Part shown: one piece after another, positions 15,004 to 25,815 of the stretch
Layout: each line of letters starts with the position of its first letter
Numbering within the stretch: position 1 is the first letter of the stretch
NCBI RefSeq assembly: GCF_009834535.1
Contig: NC_045697.1
Location: 101,868,001-101,932,000, forward strand
DNA from: Camelus ferus
Lineage: Eukaryota
DNA: 64,000 nucleotides
Direction: 5' to 3'
Notes under the pieces: model-generated
The model's input: only the letters and a program-made list of their open reading frames with translations
What the model was told of the DNA's origin: nothing
The model's database searches: none
Translations under genes and position numbers: made by a program

Positions 15004-15092
15004 ATTTTTTTTTTTTAATGGAGGTACTGGGGATTGAACCCAGGACCTTGTGCATGCTAAGCATACACTCTACCACTATACCCTCCTCCCCC
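15004..15092 (-). mobile_element. tRNA-derived SINE (Vic-1-like)
   Basis: Same consensus; atactaatat duplicated on both flanks. Confidence 0.87.
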
Positions 15093-16307
15093 TAATACTA
15101 ATATGTTATTATTCAAGCTTTACAGTTAGGATATGAGCTTCTTTGCCTAGCAAGAAGAGTTTTTAAATGAACTCTATAAACTTGGCTGTGGTGCATGTAT
15201 GGATGTTAAAGTTGAATACAAAAAGACAGTATCAAAAGCACGTGGACTTTTTCTGTAGAATCTGGAAAACAGAGCTGACATGTGGCTCTTCCCTGAGGAA
15301 TTGACAGGCCAAGTGACCTGCCTTTGATTCTATTCTGTAGAACATATTAACTCTCTTACCACTTCTTATCATCTTTAGGTAATGTTTTGTTGTGGAAGTC
15401 TGTTTCAACCCAGCCTTTTCTATTCTAATATAAACAGGCAAGAAACAGATTTGTTTATTCAAATATGAGCATTTACCTTTTTTTTAAAAATTGATTTATA
15501 GCTCCATATTCCTAACCAGACTAACAGAGAATTTTTGTTTTGGGCCCTCAAAAATTTCCTTGGTTGTGTCAATAATTACAGCGTCTTTTTTTTTTTCTAA
15601 TTTTTTAACTTGTTTTCAAATTACTTCATTCTACACAATTTCGTGATTTTTTCCTGCCTTCTCAAAGCATAGTTAAGTGCTTAATAAATTACTTCTTTAC
15701 CTGTTGAGCCCTTCTGCATGAAGATACTACAGAAACCAATAAATGGCAAAGAAGGCTATGAGCTGAGAGGAGAAGTGATGTCAAAGAGAAGCTCTTTCCC
15801 TGAATGTGAATCCTGGAATTAGACATATTTCTCCCCAGTCGGCTGGGAAGTAGAAAGAAATGAATCAATAGCAAAATAAATGGGGTGAAGAGCTGGCCCT
15901 GGCACACACAGCACCACGGGCCTGTAGATACCACGTAATAAAGTGTATCTCCTTGGAAGGTTGGCTTGGCTTAGCACTTACTATGGGGGAATAAAATCTG
16001 CTGCTTGTGTTAACATCTTCATTCCCAGTAGCCTTAAAACGAAAGAATGTTCAAGGCCAATGTTAACCATGGCTTTCCTCGAGCCTCTGGAAGAAAGAGC
16101 CCTAATTCTCCGATCTCTTTGAGAAGAACCAGTTATTTTCTGGGTCAAGGTTGCCATTTAGGGAGAATGTATTTTAACGGACGTTGTCCTAGTTTATCCT
16201 ATTTTCATGTGTTTAAACAAATTTATCTCCAGCCTTTCAAGTAGCTTTGTTTAAGAAACAATTCTTAAAACGGGGTAGACAATGATGGTCACGCTTGGAT
16301 GTTGCAG

Positions 16308-16530
16308 ATCCTGTGAAGCCTCCTGGCAACTCCTTACAAGCACCAGCTGATTTACCGTTAGCGATAAACACAGCACCGCCCTCCGCCCAGGTGGATTCCT
16401 CCGCTGCTCCTCCTCCGCCGTATCAGCTAATTAGCCTTCCGCCACACCTGGAAACTCTTGGCATCCAGGAGGACCCTCAAGACTACCTCTTGCTCATCAA
16501 CTGTCAAAGCAAGAAGCCTGAACCCCCCAG
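16308..16530 (+). CDS. GAB1: GAB1 exon 3 ([13 protein letters not shown]...[10 protein letters not shown])
   Basis: Acceptor gttgcag|ATCCT and donor CCAG|gtaaac. 223 nt, phase 1 in and phase 2 out, consistent with the flanking exons. Confidence 0.96.
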
Positions 16531-16897
16531 GTAAACCGCATCCGTCTGCGCAAGTGCGCTCACGTCTGTGCGCGCATGTCTTTAGGAAGCTCACCTTTAA
16601 ACTTTTTTAACCCTCATTTGAAGGCTTAAAAGAAACCACCTATAGAAGCTTATATTTTAGGCGTATATTTCTGGTGTATGTTCCCCGACTAATGATGTCT
16701 GATGTTCAGGAGATTTTATTAAAGAAACACGTTCTCTATAATTTCTGGCAGAGAACACTTGTACCTACAAGGCTCTTTTAGAAATGTGTCTCCTGTGTCA
16801 TAGTCGTTGTTACAGACTCACAGTATTACTTGCTTAACAGATTTCACTGATTTATAAATGGTGATCTTGCTCCATTTCTTATGTGATTGTAAACCAG

Positions 16898-16978
16898 CCA
16901 AGGGTCATCTTTTGTTTCTGAAGAAGGAGAGGAATATCTACTGCTAGAAGATTTTGAAAGCAAAACGATTCCATTGCA
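16898..16978 (+). CDS. GAB1: GAB1 alternative 81-nt cassette exon (27 aa, (S)QGSSFVSEEGEEYLLLEDFESKTIPL(Q)), likely the striated-muscle-specific exon
   Basis: Acceptor aaaccag|CCAAGG and donor TTGCA|gtgagt. 81 nt, phase 2/2, no stop in the GAB1 frame. Size and position between exons 3 and 4 match the described high-MW muscle Gab1 isoform. Confidence 0.85.
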
Positions 16979-18089
16979 GTGAGTGTGTTGTGGTTGCTTT
17001 GGATCTGTGTGAGAAATTAATCATGCAGGTAAAATCCCAGTATAGCAAATTCTATGGAATAAACCAATCGGGCATCAGTGAAATTTGATGAAGTCAAATA
17101 TGTTGCTAAAAACTACGAAACTTTTGAATCTTCATACCTAGCAATGAAGCAGACCTTACCACAAGACTTGACTTGACAGATTTTTAAGTAGAATGGAGTA
17201 TATGGATTTCCGTGATTACCAAGGCTATCCTAAAACCTTTCCCAGAGCCTGATTTACCTGTCATCGCCATCTTTGCTTCCATACCCCTCTCTTCTTTCAA
17301 GCTATAAGATATTTTAATCTGATCATTCTTGTCATTTGATGTTGGATAATTGGAAGGCTTAAAGTAATAGTGACAGTTGGAGTCAGAAATTAACTAGAAG
17401 ATCTGTTTTACCATTAGCAGCTATGTGATAACTAGTGACATGGGTGTATTTATTATCTGAATTTGCAGTATGAAGGGCAGAGGTGAATTGCATTGAGAGG
17501 TGAAAGATTTTTTTAAAACAGGTGTTAGATGGAGGCATTATTTTTATAACAAAAAAAATTTTTTTCATGTAGAAAGTGACTGTTACTAGGCTCTGGGTCA
17601 TACAAAACACTTGTTCAAAAATTTTTAAGTAGAATTGGTTAAGATCCACAAATTAGTTCCTGTAAACCATTCCCTGAGATAATGGAAACAGCTAACAAAC
17701 CTTTCAAAGATGAGTTTCCATATATTTGTTGTAATGGGATTTTACGTGTAAGAGCAAAAAAAAAATTTTTTTTTTATAAATCAACACCAGTTAATAATAT
17801 CAAATTCTAACTTGATTTTTGCTTGTTTGCTGTGAGTATGTAAAATTATACACTTGCAACTTTGTTGCCTATGCTACTAACTAAGATTTTATTTTAGGGA
17901 GAGCCACAGTTATTTTTCCATATCAATTTTTCAAAAGCCAACAGCCAAGTAACAGTTTTCAGTACGTTTTCTTTTTATATAGTGTCTTTCGTGGATCTCA
18001 TTGGTATCACAGTTTTCCTGCTGTAGTAGAAATTATGATGTGGATCATTGCTCAGATATATTTTGTATCTATGTTTTGCGGAAGCGACA

Positions 18090-19650
18090 GTTAAGTAGCA
18101 AATATTTATGAAGTACCCACTATGTGCCCACTGTTTTGTGGGTGCTATGAAGGTACAAATTAATTACGTAAGATACAGCCCCCTCCGATGCAGTCTCCTT
18201 GAGAGTTTATAAGTAAAGCTTGTGAAGAAGTCAAAACATTCAAGCATTAGGTATCTAGGGATGAAGGCAAGATATGAGCATTGCCTTGCAAACTCTTGTT
18301 CATTGTGCAAGACTCGGCTCAGACATCTGCTCCTCTGGAAGACATTCCCCCAAATTCCCAGGCCGGATTAAATGCTCTCTGGATTTTCATAGCACCCTGG
18401 TTGTGCCTCTATATCTCCGCTTTATCACAGAATTGGAAATAGCTTGATAATTATATTTATTCTCCACCAACCCATAAGCTGATGTCAAGGCCGGGGAACT
18501 CAGTACTCATTGTACTTCTAGCTTCTCTTAACTTCATATTAGAATTAAATCAAGTACAAATTTCAGAATATGTGTGAGAAGTTCCTAGGAAGAATACTGC
18601 GAATGGTTTTGAAATGGAGGGTGAGCGGTCTCACAGGAGGAGTAGGATTTGAACCACACCTGGTTGGTGAGAGAAAAGGAGACTGTCATTAATAATTTAT
18701 GTCCAAATAGCTTGAGGGGCAGGGGAGGTGAGAACGAGAGTGACGGGAGGAGAGGCTGCCGGGAGAAAAGGTTTCCACTTGGGGAGTGGTAGGACCTAAG
18801 ATAGGAAGGTGGAACCAGGTTTTGACTGCCTCAGTGCCAGGTGGCATCGTTTGTGGGCTTTTTGTAGGTCCCACAGCCTGGAGGGACTCTCAACAGGATT
18901 TTCTCTGACTACGTGAGTGATATGAAATCATATTTTGAAAACAATGATCTTCCAGCAGTACTGGCTACATGGCTGGTACCCAGGATAGATCGGAAGAGGG
19001 AGAAACGAGAGGAAAGAAGTTCTCTGAGGAGGGGTCAGTGGTCTAGATCTCAGCAGAGACATGGACCCGAACTTGGGGTGGTGATGGTGGGAACAAAGCA
19101 GGATAGTAGGTACTTGGTTAGGAAAAAGGACTCTGTGCCCAAGGGATGGTAGAGATCAAAGCGAATGAATCAAAGCCGAATTGGGTTTAGAGTGTAGAGA
19201 ACCTACGTTAAAGGCATTTCTTTTCATGGCAAGTCAGAGAGGGCAATCAGTTTGAGAAGTAAATTAAATTTGGTGCACAGGAGCAAGGTAATACTGGGAT
19301 AATCAAGTAGAAATATATTTGAACGGTTTGAAAATACGGGACTCGGAGTTTCATGAGAAGATAGGAGTTTTCAGCTTTCAGTAGAAGGTGAAGTTATGAG
19401 AAAGAAGGAGTTTTTAATGGGTTTTTTTAAATGATTTTTTTAAAGACTCACAGGACTGATTTCTGTTAGCCATTTCCAGGTGGAGAGACAGGAAGAAGGA
19501 GTCAGTCAATGAAACAAGGACATAGTCAGTGAGGGAGAAGGAAAATCAGGGCATTGACATCGCAGTGAGGGTTCTCTGGTACTAGAAGGGGAGAGGTCCA
19601 GGGAAGAAATGCAGTTACACGGTGCCAGATGTTACCAAGAAATCAGAGAG
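18090..19650. mobile_element. Degraded ancient LINE2-like fragments
   Basis: Motifs aaatatttatgaagtacccactatgtgc and ctcagacatctgctcctctggaag, with a purine-rich body. Boundaries uncertain. Confidence 0.45.
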
Positions 19651-20393
19651 ATATGCCCTTAAAAAAACTATCACAAGTTATTATTTTTTTAATATTGAGT
19701 TTAAGGTCCTCCAGGGCTTTGGACAACATACGTAGGTAGTTAAGCTATCTTGTTTAGCATTAAGGAAGGATGCTTGTTTTGGTATTGGTAGCTTTGTTTT
19801 GCATTATTCCCAAATTTTGTGATACCACAACATACAGAGACTGAAAATGTACCAAAGCGTGAAATTTACTGTAATGAGATTTCTCGAAGTTCATTCTTAT
19901 TTGGAGTTGGCTAACTCTGTGGCTTGGATTTTGATCCTCTTTATAGTACTGGCTAAATATTTGTTAAAGAAAATTAGTAGAAAGGAAGGTATGCAAAACC
20001 TGTCATGTTGCCACCTCCTTGGAGATTACGTTGAATTTATTCAGTACCAAGTAATCATTAGACTTTTTGTTTTACAGAACAGTAAATTTGCGCAGGTGGG
20101 CAAAAGAGCAGTGGACCAACTGTTGGCCTGGGGTTTTGCATGCTCTTCAGAGGAAGTGCTTTCCTTGTGTCTGTGCCTGAATCATTTAACCTTTCTCCGA
20201 GTTTGGTACCTTTCTAATTCCAGTGCTTCAGGGATTGTGGTTTTATGTGTGGATTTACTAGGTGGGGTTGGGGGTGTGGGCAGGTACAGGACAGGAATTA
20301 GTGAGAATGCTTTCGGTTTTGTGGTGGCGGTTTTGTTACCTGGCATATAATCATAAAAAACTAAGGAATATCCGTGCTTTAAATCAGATGGAT

Positions 20394-20422
20394 CACACAC
20401 ACACACACACACACACGCACAC
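20394..20422. repeat. (CA)n microsatellite upstream of exon 4
   Basis: Directly visible. Confidence 0.9.
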
Positions 20423-20535
20423 AATCTAATGAAAAAGCCATGGATTTTGATTGCTAAGCTCCAAATATATCTATGCAAACGCAGGCTTATGTCCTCACCA
20501 TGTTTTATCTTCTGTCATTAACTATTTTTATCTAG

Positions 20536-21137
20536 AACACACACTGATTCTGCCAAATCCACCTCTTCTGAGACAGACTGCAATGATAACGTCCCTTCTC
20601 ATAAAAACCCTGCTTCCTCCCAGAGCAAACACGGAGTGAATGGCTTTTTTCAGCAGCAGATGATGTATGACTCGCCACCGTCTCGCGCTGCATCTGTTTC
20701 TGTCGACTCCAGCCTTTATTACCTGCCCAGGAGTTACTCCCACGACGTTTTACCAAAGGTGTCTCCATCAAGTACCGAAGCCGATGGAGAACTCTATGTT
20801 TTTAATACCCCCTCGGGGACCTCCAATGTAGAGACCCAGCTGAGGCACGTATCTATAAGTTATGACATTCCTCCAACACCTGGTAATACTTATCAGATCC
20901 CACGAACATTTCCCGAAGGAACCTTGGGGCAGACGTCAAAGCTGGACACTATTCCAGATATTCCTCCACCTCGGCCACCGAAACCACACCCGGCTCATGA
21001 CCGCTCTCCCGTGGAAGCGTGTAGCATCACACGCGCAGCCTCGGACACTGACGGTAGTTACTGTGTCCCTACGGCAGGGATGCCACCGTCACGTAGTAAT
21101 ACCATTTCCACTGTGGATTTGAACAAATTGCGAAAAG
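20536..21137 (+). CDS. GAB1: GAB1 exon 4 (YxxP motifs; GRB2 SH3-binding PPPRPPKP)
   Basis: Acceptor tttttatctag|AACAC and donor AAAG|gtcagc. 602 nt, overlapping ORF 20636..21229. Confidence 0.97.
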
Positions 21138-22355
21138 GTCAGCTCCAGTTGGCTTCTGCCGTGTTAGAGGTTAACGATCGAGCAGCCGTTGGTCCAAATA
21201 TTTGTTCTTGTAAGCATAGCGTGACGTGAAATGATAATCCCTTTTCTCTGCAGTTCTGCAGTTGCCCATTCACTTAGCAAAGATGTCAGAGTCCCACAGA
21301 AGTGTGGTTGTGCATGCAGCGTGTGTCCGTGTGCGTGTTCTGCTGGAAGGGAGAAGGGGATGGATTTATTCATCCCTGAAAAAGTGTGGCCTTAGGAATA
21401 CCTTCCTGCCTCAGGAAGTGTGCACCCCCCTCTCTCACTTTCTCTCTCCTGGGTGGGCAGACCCGATGGGACAGAGGAGCAGGAAGTAGACCAGCCACAA
21501 GGCCTCTCCCAGGCATACCCTTCCCTGTATTTGTGTCCCGTTATGACCGCTTCTCTGTCACATCTGCTGGGCTCCGTTTCCTTCCTTCTAGATTAGCAGT
21601 TTTTACGTTACATCTACCAGCTGATATGCCACTCCAATCAAGTCATTCTGCTTTTTGTTTGTTTGGTTTTATTTATATTTAAAGCTCTGAATCTTCTCTT
21701 CCCAGACCCCTAGCCACTTTACTTATTCCTAGAGCCTTCACCATCTCCTAGAGCCAACCAAAAGTTGCAGACCTTGAGAGGAGAAAAATTGAGTTTGGGT
21801 TATACTCTGAGGTTCTTAAAGTCCTAAAACTAAAAAGCCAAAGTTTACAATGCACATACCCTAAAAACTTCTGTATTTTGTGTTCGAGTTATCCGGCTGT
21901 TTTAAAGAAGGTAAAGATTTAATGTGTTGTGAATAGGACTTATATCAACACTTATTTAGCTATTCATTACCAGTTTCTAATTTCTTGAAGTGGCTGTAAT
22001 GTATGTTATAGTGGTTATAAGTTAGTGAGATGCAAATTAGACCCAAGGGTGCAAAAGATGAAAAAACGGAAGTATTTCTTTTCTCCATCTTTAGATAACC
22101 ATTTCATCCCAGGCTTAGCTATTTACTCATTGTCATAATCAAATACTGGTACTGGTTAGCATAAGAGGAAATGTCTGCATTTTCTAGTGCTTCAATGTGT
22201 TAATGAGAGATATTATTCTGTGAGCATCCTTTTAAAAATCTGTGTATGTGCATGTGTGCATATATGAAAAGACAGAGAGAGAGAATGTTATTCCTGATTA
22301 CCTTGAGAACTGGTAAAGTTGGGAGGAAATGTTGACAGTTTATTCTCTGTTTTAG

Positions 22356-22441
22356 ATGCTAGTTCTCAAGATTGCTATGATATTCCACGAACATTTCCAA
22401 GTGACAGATCTAGTTCACTTGAAGGCTTCCATAACCACTTT
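22356..22441 (+). CDS. GAB1: GAB1 exon 5 ([29 protein letters not shown])
   Basis: Acceptor ctgttttag|ATGCT and donor CTTT|gtaagt; 86 nt. Confidence 0.96.
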
Positions 22442-22624
22442 GTAAGTATAATTGACCTTAACATCATCAAGTGTGTTTCACTGTCAGAATCCTCACACTT
22501 AGCGCTCTGAGACTAAAATGAGATCCTGGAATAAAAGTCCCTTCAGCCCCATGTGAATAAGACAACCATGTTTTCCTGTTGACAATAGTTTTCGTTTATT
22601 GAAAGAAATATATGTGTGTTTTAG

Positions 22625-22928
22625 AAAATCAAAAACGTATTGACGGTGGGAAGCGTCTCAAGTGAAGAACTGGATGAAAATTACGTCCCCATGAATCCCA
22701 ACTCTCCTCCACGGCAACATTCCAGCAGCTTCACAGAACCAATTCAGGAAGCAAATTATGTGCCAATGACTCCAGGGACATTTGACTTTTCTTCATTTGG
22801 AATGCAAGTTCCTCCTCCTGCTCACATGGGCTTCAGGTCCAGCCCAAAGACCCCTCCCAGGAGACCAGTTCCTGTTGCAGACTGTGAACCACCTCCCGTG
22901 GATCGGAACCTCAAGCCAGACAGAAAAG
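22625..22928 (+). CDS. GAB1: GAB1 exon 6 (two YVPM PI3K p85 sites, Met-binding region, PPVDRNLKP)
   Basis: Acceptor gtgttttag|AAAATC and donor AAAG|gtatgg; 304 nt. Confidence 0.97.
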
Positions 22929-25672
22929 GTATGGGGGTTGTGGCATGGTAAAAGGGTCAGGGGCTGCCAGTTTAGATCTGCATTTAACTCTCGTTAAATC
23001 CAAAACAGAATCGGCACTAGAAATTGGGAAGTATTTTCTATTACCTTAGTTAACAACTTGTTTAAGTAAAATAGTATCGCTACTTAGAGATTATTAATTA
23101 TTATGTCATATGTTGATGCCCTGGTGAGATTTTTCAGTCTCCTATCTCTAGAGCAGAGGTTACCAACTAACATATTCCCAAGAATTGGTGAGCGACAGGA
23201 GATAATTAGGAGGAACTGGAATGCCCTTGCCCCATCCAAATGGGGTAACTACTGCCTGGCTACAGTCCTTTGTGGACTTGTGAAAATAACGTGGGCCCCT
23301 AGAGGAAAACTCTTCTGATTATCAAAAGAAGTCAAAAATACAGAGTTTTATATGTATGGCCTTTTGATTTTTAAGTTCTGCCAGCTAATTTAGTTATTTA
23401 AAACAAAGCAAAGCATTGTAGACCATACCAAACACTTTTACAAGCCAAATATGGCCTTTGGCTGTTATTTTGTAACCTCTTCTCCAGAGTGTGTGATGTC
23501 AAATCAGACTCGAGATTATTAATGCACTTGACATGGTTCTTTAAGAGCAGTAAGGTTTGCTTGGATTCTCTTCCCATTCTGTCTGTATAACAACTTCTCA
23601 AAAATGATTCTGCCTTTGCTGGGGTATAAACAAATGCTTCTAGTCTATTCTTTCATGCTGGCCTTCATTAGGTACCATTAAATTCTAAGGTAGCATGGTT
23701 CATTAAGAACTCAGTGTAAAAGAAAATTTTCAGCCGAATTGGTAATATGGACCCAAGTTTTCAAAATTTGGGTTTGAGTGGTTAAAACCCGGACAGCCAG
23801 CTGTGTGGTAGCATGCTGTGAGTGTGGTTTAATCTCGACAACCAAATTAGTTAATATATTGGCTGTGGGATGCGTGGCACAATTTCCGGGGAATTCAGCA
23901 CATTTGAAAGATCTCATGTGCTAGATGTAGCTTTTTTTTTAAAGCATGTAATGTTTGTGTAAATTTCTCATTAACCTGCTGGGATCATTTCTATTAATCC
24001 TAATTAAGTTCCTGTTGTAGGGGACAGTGACAGAGACTCACTCTTAAGAAAATGAGTTTTGTTTTGTTTTACTTTTAAGTAAGTAAGTGAAAAGAGAACG
24101 TTATTGGGAACTGAGGTGCTCCTCTGGGGCTGTCACTTTGTCCGGCTCACTCTGCTTCTGTCCTCTGGGAAGTCTTTGATTCTACTTGGTTCAGTCTTAC
24201 CTTCTCCCCTTCTTTTCTGTTTCTTTTCCTCCGTATCCTCTACTTGACATGGTTTCTGCTTTCAGAGAGTGGTGGCCTCCAGCGCCCCACTGTGGCTTAG
24301 ATCCCACCTCCTGGCTGCTTTTTATGGGTCCTCGCAGCTTCCATACCTACTGCGGACCGCCTCATTCATCATCTGCTCACTTCAGATTGGTCAGAGAGAC
24401 TTTGATTGGTCTCATGTGTCTTGCCACACCAGGCCGCGTCATGGACGGTGGGCCAGCCCATCGACGGGCTGTCGTTGGGTCACACACTCCCTTCTGGTCC
24501 CACAGCTGGAAAGATGGTTGCATGTCACACCACTGGCCACCCAGGTGGCCCCGGCAGCAGGGCCCTGATCAGGGTTGGTTATTTCAGAAAGGGTGTGAGC
24601 ATCCCAGGCTTTTCCATTGATCACGTTTCCTCTCGTTTCTCTTTATCCTCATTTGTTTTTAAATCTATTTAGGCCTCATTAGTCATTTTTTCGTTTGCAT
24701 ACAGTATGCCAAAGTATGTTTGGACATGTGTGGATTTATCATAGAGCCCCCAGGTTGTGGGAGGGTTAAGATTCAAGTGTCCTGAACTCTGTGAAACATT
24801 GAAATCTTCATTTTAATGCTAAACGATTCTTCTCTTATTTTCCCATAATGAGTACATTAGCAGCAGATCACTGGTTTTTAACACAAAACATAACAGTTTT
24901 CTATCTGGATGTCCCACATGAGTATGGAGGTGGTCTGGTCTGGGTGAGGCACGAAGCTCTGAGTCCCTCCAGCTTTGCTCCCTTGCCTGCTACTTCTTTC
25001 CATCAGGCTCTGCAGAACACAGTTTGAAAATTCCCAGTGTAGTTCACTGTGAACGGTTCCATGTGGTAAGCACAATGCAGAATCAGAAAAGAGCCCTATT
25101 TATATGTTAGAAAAGTTTTGGGATCATAATGATATGCTTTTAGTATCATCTAGGTCTGACAGAGTTCATATGCCCCGTATTACAATATATATTATCTTAT
25201 GTCTATATCATAATATGGCATGTATACTACAGGTTATATGTATTGCATATATATATATAATTATACCTCCCTATGACTATAGTGAAAGTATATATATTCT
25301 AGTACATGAGAGATTAATTGTCCTCATCCTCTAAACCAACCTAAGGTGACTTTACTGTAGAACAGAGGAAAGTAGTTTCCTTGGTTACTTTTGGAGATTC
25401 TCCTCAGTCTTTTAAAAACTAACTGAACTGTTGAAAGACAATTCTGAGCTCATGGGCCAGATTACTGGTTTTGTATCTCTGTTTAGATACAAAAAGAACT
25501 GAGAAAGTACCCAGAATAAAATACCTCCATAGTTTTGGACAAAATCAAGAATAGGTTTAGCAAAATAGTAAAGAGTTTACTAGTCATAGTAATTTTTTTT
25601 AAAATTTTTGTTTTTCTTTAGTACTACTCTACTTTTTAAAATAAATATGATACAATAAAGGAGGCTTGAATA

Positions 25673-25815
25673 GGGCAGGATATAGCTCAAGCGGTAGAGC
25701 GCATGCTTAACATGCACGAGGTCTTGGGTTCAATCCCCAGTACCTCCATTAAAATAAATAAATAAATAACCTAATTACCACCCCCCAAAAAAACTGAAAA
25801 AAAAAAAAAAAAGAA
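25673..25815 (+). mobile_element. tRNA-derived SINE (Vic-1-like, long-tail form)
   Basis: Same consensus with poly(A); TSD aaaggaggcttga on both sides. Confidence 0.88.

Noticed and set aside
19847..20350. 167-aa + strand ORF in intron 3
   Set aside because: No recognisable protein and no supporting gene structure. It overlaps the microexon candidate in a different frame.
24186..24672. Overlapping ORFs in a GC-richer intron 6 patch
   Set aside because: No recognisable product or matched splice sites. Open frames are expected from the GC content, and it may be an old LTR remnant.
25673..25750. tRNA gene interpretation of the A/B-box elements (all eight copies)
   Set aside because: They have poly(A) tails, TSDs, non-tRNA 3' extensions and independent mutations, so they are SINEs and not tRNA genes.
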